A DNA stretch of 64,000 nt, from positions 320,001-384,000 of the forward strand of contig OZ244650.1 of the NCBI GenBank assembly GCA_965218785.1. Reading direction: 5' to 3'. Shown here in pieces: positions 11,012 to 20,596 of this stretch. The position numbers and the translations under genes were made by a program. The notes beneath the pieces are model-generated. The model searched no databases. It was not told where the DNA came from and worked only from the letters and a program-made list of their open reading frames with translations. Within the stretch, counting starts at the first letter, position 1. Each line of letters opens with the position of its first letter. This stretch comes from Nitrosopumilus sp. Lineage in GTDB: Archaea; Thermoproteota; Nitrososphaeria; Nitrososphaerales; Nitrosopumilaceae.

Positions 11012-11905
11012 ATGGGTCGAGGCTATCTGACTGAGGAGATCAGGCAAAGACTGATTTCGTCATTAAAGGGCTCCAAGACTGGAATGTCCGGAGTTGAGAT
11101 TTCCAAAAAAATCGGCGTCAACAGGATTACCATGATAAAGTATCTCAAAGTTTTTGCAGCCGAGGGATTACTCGGGCAAAAAAATATTGGAAACACTACA
11201 TTGTGGTTTTTAGAACCAGGTCAAGAGTCTTACAACTTTCCTGATGATTATTTCAAAATAGAATCACAGTATCTTGATGATTTAATCAAAGGAACTGAAG
11301 ACCAGGTCTATTCTCTAATCCGTAATTGTATACATTCCGGAGCTGCAATCAACCGTTTGATACTGGAGATAATCGTACCTGCCATCAATTCTGTTCAGAA
11401 TCTGTATGATGAGGGAAAGATTGGAACATCCGAGCAAAATCTCCTTAAAACCACAATTTCAAAATCCCTTCATATCTTTAATCAACTTCAGGTCGTCTCT
11501 GATCCAAAAAAGAACGTAGTTGTAATTGCAGCTGATGTACACAGCCTCCTTGCATCCGAAGCCGCATCTGCGGCTTATCATTCTGATGGATGGAAGGTTT
11601 TCCATCTTGGAGACATGTCCTCGGTAATCAATGTCTTATTTGATCTTGACTTTCAAAAATTAATCGGGAAAATTTGGAAGCAAAAACCGGGAGTTTTGCT
11701 GGTAGTTGTATTTTCACATACTGGTGAGGGATTGAATTTCTTTACAGACTCGATTGCCCCCATCAAAGAAAAATCCGGCAAACGCATAAAGTTGGCACTT
11801 TGTGGAAAAGCATCTAAAAAAACTAAAATTAATTCCGATTTGTTGTCTGAAAAATTAGATGAGATCCTACAGTGGTCTCAGACCATATCTGAAAACATCA
11901 AATAA
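11012..11905 (+). CDS. HTH plus B12-binding-like domain protein
   Basis: N-terminal HTH (SGVEISKKIGVNRITMIKYL), helical cap with LYDEGKI, Rossmann-like DGWKVFHLG; canonical cobalamin motif degenerate. Confidence 0.7.
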   Translation: MGRGYLTEEIRQRLISSLKGSKTGMSGVEISKKIGVNRITMIKYLKVFAAEGLLGQKNIGNTTLWFLEPGQESYNFPDDYFKIESQYLDDLIKGTEDQVYSLIRNCIHSGAAINRLILEIIVPAINSVQNLYDEGKIGTSEQNLLKTTISKSLHIFNQLQVVSDPKKNVVVIAADVHSLLASEAASAAYHSDGWKVFHLGDMSSVINVLFDLDFQKLIGKIWKQKPGVLLVVVFSHTGEGLNFFTDSIAPIKEKSGKRIKLALCGKASKKTKINSDLLSEKLDEILQWSQTISENIK

Positions 11906-12172
11906 TGGGAATTCTTTGGACGTATTGCATTTTGATCTAATGTATCTAACACCCTATTACGGATTTATTTAAAACTCTGGTTAGTCACTCTTCTCCAGTC
12001 TTGTAAGGGTGGTTTTTAATTTCATTAATAATACAAAAATCCAAGACGTACTTTTAATATTCAAATGTTTTATTACCCAACTTGATTTTTGGGATATAAA
12101 ATAACATGATTTGTATTAGAAAAACTGTGTTACAAGCAGGACTAGTAATTTAATTTATTCTGAGGTCTCTGC

Positions 12173-12418
12173 TTATTTTTCCGGATTTATAATCCACAGA
12201 TCATTATACAGCTCATCTTGCTTGCCGGTTTTGATAATAAGACCCTGATCTATTGCATCCTGAACTTTTTTTCCTGCACTAATCTTCCAACCTGGACACC
12301 AACTCTTGAGATCCTCTATAATCCAGTTCTTTGTGTGGCCTCTGCCTGCTCCATCTGATTTTTCAGTCAGTTTAAGGTGATATGCTGCCTTGTTCTCTGC
12401 ATACTGCAGATCTTCCAT
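12173..12418 (-). CDS. Hypothetical protein
   Basis: 81-aa ORF with ATG start and protein-like composition; no family recognised. Confidence 0.4.
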   Translation of the reverse strand: MEDLQYAENKAAYHLKLTEKSDGAGRGHTKNWIIEDLKSWCPGWKISAGKKVQDAIDQGLIIKTGKQDELYNDLWIINPEK

Positions 12419-12969
12419 GTTATTTCTTACGCTCCCGCCTTATTTTAAATTTCAAGGCAATTTTTGCCATGTCTGCATCACTGATTGCCGCCTCTGACAG
12501 TATAGCAAATTTCAGATGTTTTGGAACAGGTACAGGCTTGGTTGTATCAGTCTTAGCTCCAACTGTTTTACATCTTCAAGATCCATCTTTTGGCCATGTT
12601 TTATTGTCTTGGAATTGCGTAAAAATGCTGTGGCTTTTAGAATCTTAAATGGCAGATCTTTTGCTCTCATTTCCAGTTTTATCTAGGGGATACTTGAAAT
12701 TCCCAGAGAGGAATATAATCAATTTTTTCTATCAACAGTAATATGTAAGAAAGTAAAATTATAAAAAATTATATTTGAATCGAAGTTGTTGTGTAATTCC
12801 CACTTGCCTGCAATATTAGATAAAGCCGAAACGATTACATTTGGTATATGATACCAAACAGACAGGATTTCATCATAAATTTAGAAAATCTATACCCTCA
12901 TGATAATTAAGTAACAACTTCCAACTAGCAAACTTTAGATTATATCATAATTTCATAATATATAGAAAA

Positions 12970-14505
12970 TTGATTTCTAACAGTTATGATAAATCTGAAT
13001 TAATCGGGACTGATTCTGATTTTCTATGTCTACTTTGTTATGAACCTCTTTATTATAATGCGATAACAAAAAAAGAAATTTGTGCCAATCCTCAATGTAT
13101 CATTTCTCAAAAATCCCCTGAAATCCATCTAAATGTTGACAAAAATCCTCTTTTAGATGAATTAAAACAAATGTATCTCAAACGATTGAAAAGATTCTAT
13201 ATTTTTGCACCTAGTTTTTTGTTTAGACGATTATATGAAACCAGAATGGGTGAATTTGTGAAGTTTTTTCATAACACTGGAATGAAATTTAATACTATTT
13301 TGGGAATAAATTTTCTTCTTACAAAATTATATTACAATAATGTGTGGGGAAGCGAAACTAATGAACAAATTTTTCAAAATACACTAAATGAATTTCTTAA
13401 TGATTTTGATGAACAATATTTTGTTGAATTTATTGAATCTAAGCTTTATCTAATTGATCAACATGAGGATCCTTATGTAATGAAATACTCTGATGTTATA
13501 AATAATATTCACAAAGTTTTAGGTTTGGTAGATGAAACAAAATTTGGTCCTAACGATGTAAATTCATATTATTTTATTGATCGTCAATCAGGAATTGGAA
13601 CAATAAAAGACCCATTTGATATTGAAACAATATTTAGAAATCATTTTTATTTAGCAATAACTATGAATCATATTTTTAAGTTTAGATATTTTGTTTCTCA
13701 AATTCATAATTATCCTGTAAAATCTTCTGATCTTGCAATTTTGTTTTCTGTATGGACTAGATGTTTGCCCGGACAAACATGTACTTTGGATCTAAATGGT
13801 CTGAAGCATATCCATAACGGTGCATTGAAGGAAAATCATATGGAAGGAAATTTTGATGATTTTTTAGAAGTGTATACTTCAGGCAAAAATTATGCCCCTG
13901 TATTGATTTTTGATGGAGAACGATTTCATTTTGATTATCCTTCTTTACTTTTAATTTTATTTTATCTATTTTCTATTAACAAAATTATTGATGGCAGTCA
14001 AACACTATCTGGTTTCAATACTCTTATGGAACAAAGACAAAAAGCAGCTCATAATTTTGAAGTAGAAATACGAAATAAATTAAAAACAGATGGTTTTACA
14101 GTTTTTCCAAATTCAGATAATGAAAAATTTGAACCCAGTATTGATAATGAACAAAGAGAGTTTGATTGTTTAGCTATTGATTATAATGATAAAATCATTG
14201 TCTCTATTGATGCCAAATATGAAGATATTGCACCATCGTCTAAAGTTGGGAAAACCATCTTAGATCAGTGTGTTCTTGATAAAAATAACGGTATTCTAAA
14301 ACATGCAAAAGAACATCATACTAGAAGACAGTTTCTTGTAAAAAATTTAAAAAAATTCCCCGTACATATTCAAGATGATTCTTGGAATTATAAAATTTAT
14401 TCAATCATAGTTACTAAACATACTCCAATGATTAGTAGACATTTAACTTCAAGAATCATTTCTTATGATGATTTTAAAATTCTTGATTTTCATACTTTGG
14501 AATAA
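12970..14505 (+). CDS. Hypothetical protein with N-terminal Zn finger and C-terminal PD-(D/E)XK-like domain
   Basis: CLLC...CANPQC; FEVEI...REFDCLAID...SIDAKY. Confidence 0.7.
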   Translation: MISNSYDKSELIGTDSDFLCLLCYEPLYYNAITKKEICANPQCIISQKSPEIHLNVDKNPLLDELKQMYLKRLKRFYIFAPSFLFRRLYETRMGEFVKFFHNTGMKFNTILGINFLLTKLYYNNVWGSETNEQIFQNTLNEFLNDFDEQYFVEFIESKLYLIDQHEDPYVMKYSDVINNIHKVLGLVDETKFGPNDVNSYYFIDRQSGIGTIKDPFDIETIFRNHFYLAITMNHIFKFRYFVSQIHNYPVKSSDLAILFSVWTRCLPGQTCTLDLNGLKHIHNGALKENHMEGNFDDFLEVYTSGKNYAPVLIFDGERFHFDYPSLLLILFYLFSINKIIDGSQTLSGFNTLMEQRQKAAHNFEVEIRNKLKTDGFTVFPNSDNEKFEPSIDNEQREFDCLAIDYNDKIIVSIDAKYEDIAPSSKVGKTILDQCVLDKNNGILKHAKEHHTRRQFLVKNLKKFPVHIQDDSWNYKIYSIIVTKHTPMISRHLTSRIISYDDFKILDFHTLE

Positions 14506-14545
14506 TTTTCGGATTGACTAAAATATTTTATTTTGTAAAATATTT

Positions 14546-15553
14546 TTATTTTCGTCCAAGTAACTTTTCAATTGTTTCTGGTTCTACCCATGTTTCCATT
14601 TTTCCCATCACTTCTTTACCAATAGGCCATCTATCATTCCGTTCTGCTGTTATCAAAATGGTTCCTTTATTAGATTCTCCTATCATTATTTCCATTTTTC
14701 TATTATTTTCTCTAAAATGAGGATTATCTTTTAACATTGATTTTATGAGGTGAAATCTATTGGTATCTGAATATACAAATCTTAATGAATTTTTTAATTG
14801 CAAAAAATTTTCACGAATTATAAATTGTTTTTTGTAAATATGATGTGTATTCGGCTCCTGTCTGAATAAAATTGGATCTACTGCCAAAATACTTAACGTT
14901 GGACTTATTGGCAGATGAATTTCAATACCTCTGTTAATTATTCCTAAATTTCCCATTCTATGCATATCATATTCATTCTGTTTTGTAATTGGTTCATCTG
15001 ATGTCCAAAAAGGAATAGATGTATGATTTTCAAAAATTATAAATTTCATATTGAAAAATATTTTTGCAAAATTTTGATAATCTTTTATTATGTTTAGATG
15101 ATTTTTTATTTCACCTAATTCGGTTAAACTTACTTTCAAATTTTTAGGAATAACATTTTTTGCTGCTAGATTTATCGCTTCTTCATAGAGTTGTTTTATT
15201 TCTAACCTCTGTGATTCTGTTCTAAGCCACTGTAATGAAAAAAATTCACATATTGATAGTTTATCATCATATGATAGTTTATAGTAATCTTTTTTTTCAA
15301 TTAATTTTTTCATAGATTGAGAATGAATATTTTCTACTTGTGAAAATCTAATTTCTAATGAATCTAAACCTTGATACTCTCCTCCGTAAAAATCTGTTTT
15401 AACTGCAAGATTTGATGGATCAGATGTAAATTTTACTTCATTTTTTTTATCATAACAATATAACTTTTGACCAAATTGTTTGAGATAAAATTGTGGAATG
15501 TAATGTTGTCGAACTTTCTTCTTTTTCTTAATATCATCAATCATGAAACCCAT
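14546..15553 (-). CDS. DUF4238-family protein
   Basis: QHYIPQFYLKQF N-terminal motif, FWTSDEPI, LPISP. Confidence 0.88.
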   Translation of the reverse strand: MGFMIDDIKKKKKVRQHYIPQFYLKQFGQKLYCYDKKNEVKFTSDPSNLAVKTDFYGGEYQGLDSLEIRFSQVENIHSQSMKKLIEKKDYYKLSYDDKLSICEFFSLQWLRTESQRLEIKQLYEEAINLAAKNVIPKNLKVSLTELGEIKNHLNIIKDYQNFAKIFFNMKFIIFENHTSIPFWTSDEPITKQNEYDMHRMGNLGIINRGIEIHLPISPTLSILAVDPILFRQEPNTHHIYKKQFIIRENFLQLKNSLRFVYSDTNRFHLIKSMLKDNPHFRENNRKMEIMIGESNKGTILITAERNDRWPIGKEVMGKMETWVEPETIEKLLGRK

Positions 15554-15945
15554 TATTATTTTCTAATTCTGGTATTTTAATACGGGTAATTCTGTAATAA
15601 CCTAAAATATTTCTAATTTTTGATTAAATTTACAGAAGTTTATTTAATTAGAATATTTTTACTAGTTAGGTTTCATTAATTTTCGTAATTGTATCTAACA
15701 CAACACTCCTCTGAATTATGGTTTTTTCTCATCCTACTGTGCTGGGCTTGTTTTTAATTTGTTTGTTTTTTACACCGGTTATATTTTTCTTTGTTTTATT
15801 TTGACAACGATTTTTTTTGCTATCCGTATTCTGATTTTTCAAACCCACACTTGCTTTTGTTAAATCTGTTCGTGTATTGCACCTTGCAGATTTCTTTAGA
15901 ACCAGTTTTTTTACTACTTGTTCTCAAATCTGAGAATGGATTCAA

Positions 15946-16020
15946 TGGGCCCGATGTGATTCGAACACATGACCTTTCGATTATCAGTCGAACGCTCCAG
16001 CCAAGCTGAGCTACGAGCCC
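15946..16020 (-). tRNA. tRNA-Ile(GAT)
   Basis: GGGCTCG acceptor, TTCGA-CTGATAA-TCGAA anticodon arm, GTTCGAATC T loop. Confidence 0.95.
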
Positions 16021-16053
16021 ACGAACAATTCTCTAGGCTAGACTCATTTAAGT

Positions 16054-16608
16054 TTAATTTTCTTTCCACTTGATTGAACACCCAATGGATGGGTCGAAAT
16101 CTTTTTCAATTTTTTCTCCAGCTATCAATTTCTCCATATTGATAATCATTGTTTTCTCAGTTGCCTCGTCATCTGGTTTCATGGCATTGTCTATTTTTCC
16201 ATGAAAAACCAATTGTTTTTGGGCATTAAACAAGAAAGGATCCGGAGTGCACATGGCACCATATTTCTTGGCAATTTCCTGTGTTTGATCTACTAGATAA
16301 TCAAATTCAAATCCTTTTTCTTTTGCTGTTTGCTTCATGGCCTCAAAGCTATCTTCTGGATAATTAGTAGAATCATTACTGTTAATTCCAATTATTGCGA
16401 TATCTTTACCACATTTTTCAAATAATTCGTTGAGTGCATCCACCTTTGCTTTAACATAGGGGCAATGATTGCACATGAAAATCACTAGAATTCCTTTGAA
16501 ATTGCCATAATCATTTAATGAGTGCTTTTTGTCATCAATTCCCATTAATTCAAAATATGGAGCGATATCTCCTGATTTCAGTTTGACTTGAGATTCTAAA
16601 AGTACCAT
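16054..16608 (-). CDS. Thioredoxin-like/AhpC-TSA family redoxin
   Basis: CNHCPYV, INSND, YGAMCTPD, GCSIKW motifs; start moved to ATG 16608. Confidence 0.9.
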   Translation of the reverse strand: MVLLESQVKLKSGDIAPYFELMGIDDKKHSLNDYGNFKGILVIFMCNHCPYVKAKVDALNELFEKCGKDIAIIGINSNDSTNYPEDSFEAMKQTAKEKGFEFDYLVDQTQEIAKKYGAMCTPDPFLFNAQKQLVFHGKIDNAMKPDDEATEKTMIINMEKLIAGEKIEKDFDPSIGCSIKWKEN

Positions 16609-16688
16609 GGGCGAAACAATCCTGTCATCAAATAAAATCCTTGTCAAGAAGACAACAATTAAAATCCACACATTAGCCTCATTTGTGG

Positions 16689-16762
16689 GGGCCGGTAGTA
16701 TAGCCTGGTAGTATACCCGCCTTGCACGCGGGGGGTCACGGATTCAAATTCCGTCCGGTCCA
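16689..16762 (+). tRNA. tRNA-Ala(TGC)
   Basis: GGGCCGG/CCGGTCC acceptor with G3-U70, CCCGC-CTTGCAC-GCGGG anticodon arm. Confidence 0.95.
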
Positions 16763-16837
16763 CCTTTAATTACCCGATCTGCCTTGAAATTCAGGCTGCT
16801 GGATGGATTTAAATAGGATAAGTTTGGGTTTTCTTCT

Positions 16838-16939
16838 ATGGTAAGCGCAGCAGACGGATGGCCTGTATGGATTCCACTCATTGTAGGTTTAGCTCCAGGT
16901 TTGATTTACTGGTTAGCAATCACTGCAAAGAGAAAATAA
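16838..16939 (+). CDS. 33-aa membrane peptide MVSAADGWPVWIPLIVGLAPGLIYWLAITAKRK
   Basis: Own TATA box (TTTAAATA ~16808), single TM with basic tail, T-rich tract downstream; below ORF-track cutoff. Confidence 0.65.
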   Translation: MVSAADGWPVWIPLIVGLAPGLIYWLAITAKRK

Positions 16940-17059
16940 AATTCATATCCATTTTTAATCTCTTTTTATTATATCCTCTACGTTAGAGTAAACTAGGTAA
17001 AACCTTCTTACCTCTATTGTTGACTATATGATATATTACACAAAATTAACCTTAATCGC

Positions 17060-18136
17060 ATGAATATTCATATGAAGAAATCTGTTCTGGGCGTATTTTT
17101 AATTCTATTACTAATTCCATTTTCACAAGGATTTGCTCAGCAAACAGATAACGCTCCAACCATTTCTGCATCACTGGTAAATGAATCTCCATATGTTTAT
17201 CAGGACTCTGAAGGATATACAGTTGTAGTTGGCGAAGTCATAAACCGAAACTCATTAACGCCGATAACTAATGTTAGAATTCAAGTTATTTTTTTTAATG
17301 ACTTTGATCCTAATCCCCTGGAAATAAAGGAAGACAAAACAACCCTTGAAGTAATTCCTCCTGATGGCAAGTCTCCGTTTGTAATACGTTCCACATCGCC
17401 AAATCCCGACATCACTCAAGCCTCCATATCTCTTTTAGGATTTGACTCTTCGGCATCAAAACAAAAAGAACTCACCGTCTCCTCTACCGGAGTTGCCTTG
17501 GATACGTCATTGCATTTTTCTGGCATACTCCAAAATGGAGGAGCTCCCAACTCTGATACCAATGTTTATCTGGCCTTTTATGACGGGTTTGAGCCTCCAA
17601 GAATTCTTGGGGTATCTACAATTGAACTAGGTGATGTAGAATCAGACAGCGAGACAGCATTTGAATTTGATGGATCAATTGATTCTAAGGCTAGAGGCTT
17701 TTTCTTGTTTTCTGAATCTGATATTTTTTATTCCGATTTTGTTGATGTAGAACTTCCAGCCCCACAAAATCTTACAAAATTAGCAAAAATTTCTGCTGTT
17801 ACTATCGAAGATAACATGGGACGACAATTGTCTGAAATTAAAGTCGGCTCTACTGTTAATTTGAAAAGTAATATACAGATACAATTTGCAGCGGATCAAA
17901 AATCCAATGAAACAGCATATACATACTATGTACAAATCAAAGAATCCGGAAAATTTCCATCTGTTGAATATATTGGAAAGTCTGACGGCCGATTCATTGG
18001 AACAGGAACACAATCTCAAAGCATAGACTGGATTCCAGAAAAAAATGGGCTGTTCTTCATTGAGACATTTGTCTGGGATAGAAACAACATTCCAATAGCC
18101 GACCCGGGTCCGTTTGTCCTAATTCATGTAAACTAG
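17060..18136 (+). CDS. Exported beta-sandwich protein, FxLYD-like
   Basis: Signal peptide; VVGEVIN, VIFFN and LAFYD motifs. Confidence 0.7.
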   Translation: MNIHMKKSVLGVFLILLLIPFSQGFAQQTDNAPTISASLVNESPYVYQDSEGYTVVVGEVINRNSLTPITNVRIQVIFFNDFDPNPLEIKEDKTTLEVIPPDGKSPFVIRSTSPNPDITQASISLLGFDSSASKQKELTVSSTGVALDTSLHFSGILQNGGAPNSDTNVYLAFYDGFEPPRILGVSTIELGDVESDSETAFEFDGSIDSKARGFFLFSESDIFYSDFVDVELPAPQNLTKLAKISAVTIEDNMGRQLSEIKVGSTVNLKSNIQIQFAADQKSNETAYTYYVQIKESGKFPSVEYIGKSDGRFIGTGTQSQSIDWIPEKNGLFFIETFVWDRNNIPIADPGPFVLIHVN

Positions 18137-18169
18137 TAGATTTATTTCCAAAGAAATCTATACATATGT

Positions 18170-18643
18170 ATGTCCAAATTCTCTCTAGTTGCAACTGGTG
18201 GCACGTTTGATATCATTCATCGTGGCCATCTTACCCTGTTTTCAGATGCGTTTACAATTTCTGATAAAGTAATAATTGGACTAACCAGCGATGAGCTAGC
18301 TGAAAAAAAAGGCAAGGCTCCAATCAACAAGTATGAAAAACGGCTAGAAAACCTGACTGAAATTCTTTCAAAAGAATTTCCTGATGCCTCGTTTCAAATT
18401 ACTAAATTAAATAATGATTTTGGTCCTGCAGTTTTAGAGAAGGATGTGAAAGCTTTGGTAGTCAGCGATGAAACAAGTGATCAGGGTGATGTTTTAAACC
18501 AGCTTCGAGCAGAAAAGAATCTTCCTTCTGTAAAAATTATAACAGTATCGATGGTTTTGGCCAAAGATGGCACAAGAATATCTACATCCCGTATCAAGAA
18601 TTCTGAGATTGATACCGAAGGAAACTTGTTATCAATTGACTAA
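18170..18643 (+). CDS. coaD: Phosphopantetheine adenylyltransferase (archaeal type)
   Basis: GGTFDIIHRGH, GLTSD, VVSDET, ISTSRI motifs. Confidence 0.9.
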   Translation: MSKFSLVATGGTFDIIHRGHLTLFSDAFTISDKVIIGLTSDELAEKKGKAPINKYEKRLENLTEILSKEFPDASFQITKLNNDFGPAVLEKDVKALVVSDETSDQGDVLNQLRAEKNLPSVKIITVSMVLAKDGTRISTSRIKNSEIDTEGNLLSID

Positions 18644-18697
18644 CAGCTTGTCTAACTTTGAGTAATTGGAATAAAACAAAACTCTAGAATTGAGCAT

Positions 18698-19027
18698 ATG
18701 ACAGTCATCAATCATATGATGAAGGTAATTGATACAGATGTCTCAAATCTAAAACAGGGTCTCTTACCTGAGAATCTTTCATTTTGGTATGATAAAATTA
18801 TCAAAGAGACAATTGAGATGGCGCCCCCTTGGCTTCAAAATAAAATCAAGATTCATCAAGATCCAACACTTGCAATGAAGTTTAATTTGGATATTTCAAA
18901 ACGTGCAGTTAGATACTTTATGATTGCAGTTGATAATAATTTAGATCAGATGCCATATTCAACAAATCTCTATTTCCTCAAAGTCCAGGAGATAATGTCA
19001 ATTGAAATGGACAAGTCTCTAGTTTGA
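18698..19027 (+). CDS. Hypothetical protein
   Basis: Clean ATG ORF with host-like composition. Confidence 0.7.
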   Translation: MTVINHMMKVIDTDVSNLKQGLLPENLSFWYDKIIKETIEMAPPWLQNKIKIHQDPTLAMKFNLDISKRAVRYFMIAVDNNLDQMPYSTNLYFLKVQEIMSIEMDKSLV

Positions 19028-19098
19028 TGAGATTTTTTATTCTAGGCACAAACCAAAGTCAAAGTATCTATAACCATCAGGTTTGATAATTTCCATAC

Positions 19099-20166
19099 AT
19101 GGAACTTTACAAATCAAAGTATTCAGATAAAAAATCCAGAAATACCCGACGAGACGATGGCACATATCGTTCCTTTAGAAATTCACGATACTCCGGGGAT
19201 GATAGAAGAAAGGAATCTGCAACTGTAACTTGTGCTGATTGCGGCACTGAATGTACTGTTCCGTTTGTTCCAAGAACTGATAGACCTGTTTATTGTAGTG
19301 ATTGTTTCAGACAAAACAAACCAGATTCGAAAAACGATGGATACTCCAGAGATGATGGACGTTCTAGGAATTCCAGAGATGATGGACGTTCTAGGAATTC
19401 CAGAGATGATGGACGTTCTAGATACTCTAGAGACGACAAGAATCCACGATACTCTAGAGACGACAAGAATCCACGATACTCTAGAGACGACAAGAATCCA
19501 CGATACTCTAGAGACGACAAGAATCCACGATACTCTAGAGACGACAAGAATCCACGATACTCTAGAGACGACAAGAATCCACGATACTCTAGAGACGACA
19601 AGAATCCACGATACTCTAGAGACGACAAGAATCCACGATACTCTAGAGACGACAAGAATCCACGATACTCTAGAGACGACAAGAATCCACGATACTCTAG
19701 AGACGACAAGAATCCACGATACTCTAGAGACGACAAGAATCCACGATACTCTAGAGACGATGGACGTTCCAGGAATTCCAGAGATGATTCCAGACCTAGA
19801 AGATCAAGTAATGATAAATTTTTGAAAAAAAGGCAAAGTTTCTTTTCTGATGGTTCAGAAAAATTCTATGCATCTTTAAAAGAAAAATTATTTGAAATCT
19901 TGGGGGGAAAAATTTGTTCTAACTGTGGATTTAAAGATGAAAAAGCTTTAGGATTCAGTCATAAATATGACGTTGAAGCTTTTGACAATATTAGACGCGG
20001 AGGAGCGGCATCTTCTTGGGGAAAGTATATTTCAGAACCAGAACTTGCCAAGAAGGAACTTGATGTGTTGTGCTTGAACTGTAATGAGATCAGGCAACCA
20101 ATCTCAAAACCAAGAGAAGACAGACCAAAATCTAAACCGAACAAGAATAGACGTTTTCCTAGATGA
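19099..20166 (+). CDS. CxxC-x17-CxxC Zn-ribbon protein with charged repeat linker and second Cys-rich domain
   Basis: CADCG..VPFVP..RPVYCSDCF; 9-aa repeats; CSNC...CLNC. Confidence 0.85.
   Translation: MELYKSKYSDKKSRNTRRDDGTYRSFRNSRYSGDDRRKESATVTCADCGTECTVPFVPRTDRPVYCSDCFRQNKPDSKNDGYSRDDGRSRNSRDDGRSRNSRDDGRSRYSRDDKNPRYSRDDKNPRYSRDDKNPRYSRDDKNPRYSRDDKNPRYSRDDKNPRYSRDDKNPRYSRDDKNPRYSRDDKNPRYSRDDKNPRYSRDDKNPRYSRDDKNPRYSRDDGRSRNSRDDSRPRRSSNDKFLKKRQSFFSDGSEKFYASLKEKLFEILGGKICSNCGFKDEKALGFSHKYDVEAFDNIRRGGAASSWGKYISEPELAKKELDVLCLNCNEIRQPISKPREDRPKSKPNKNRRFPR
19342..19800 (+). repeat. Coding 27-bp tandem repeat, ~17 units, 12 identical YSRDDKNPR
   Basis: TACTCTAGAGACGACAAGAATCCACGA repeated head-to-tail without spacers. 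Confidence 0.95.
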
Positions 20167-20228
20167 ACATTAAAATCATCTTTGGGAATTTATTAACACT
20201 TTAATAATAATAATCTTGAAATCGAATC

Positions 20229-20312
20229 ATGAATGCTGACTTTAAGGCATTAGGAATCTCTATGATTGCTATGGTTGGAATTGTGTTGCTCTATACTGTA
20301 TTGGGCTTGTAG
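20229..20312 (+). CDS. 27-aa hydrophobic peptide MNADFKALGISMIAMVGIVLLYTVLGL
   Basis: ATG ORF after AT-rich TATA-like tract; stop lies 2 nt from the convergent gene's stop. Confidence 0.45.
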   Translation: MNADFKALGISMIAMVGIVLLYTVLGL

Positions 20313-20314
20313 AT

Positions 20315-20596
20315 TCATTCCTTTACAATTTCTACGCTATATTCCAAAATTTTAGTGGATACTAGCCTGTGTTCTTTATCAAATACTGACTGGATAAAAT
20401 CCGCAAAATTTTCCACATTTTCCTTATCTTTGAATATGATGCTGTGGGCTGATTTGTCCTTTAATAAAACTACCAATTCATTTTCAATCACGTTAAGAAT
20501 CGATGTGATATATGTCTCATTCCCGTTTTTTATGAAGATTAAACTAGCTAATTTCTGAGCTTCATATTCATCATTACATACGACATTAATTTTCAT
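20315..20596 (-). CDS. Hypothetical protein coupled to trpS
   Basis: 4-nt overlap with trpS stop. Confidence 0.75.
   Translation of the reverse strand: MKINVVCNDEYEAQKLASLIFIKNGNETYITSILNVIENELVVLLKDKSAHSIIFKDKENVENFADFIQSVFDKEHRLVSTKILEYSVEIVKE

Larger units (their letters stand above)
11950..15945. other. AT-rich horizontally acquired islet at the 3' end of tRNA-Ile
   Basis: Visibly lower GC than flanks; non-core genes; abuts tRNA 3' end; no integrase or att repeat seen; left boundary approximate. Confidence 0.6.

Noticed and set aside
11950-15945. Islet as an intact integrative element
   Set aside because: No integrase and no second copy of the tRNA-Ile 3' end found by eye
19342-19800. 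27-bp repeats as a CRISPR array
   Set aside because: Head-to-tail with no unique spacers, in frame within a CDS, no cas genes
19232-19825. Alternative-frame ORFs over the 27-bp repeat
   Set aside because: Shadows of the 19099-20166 gene
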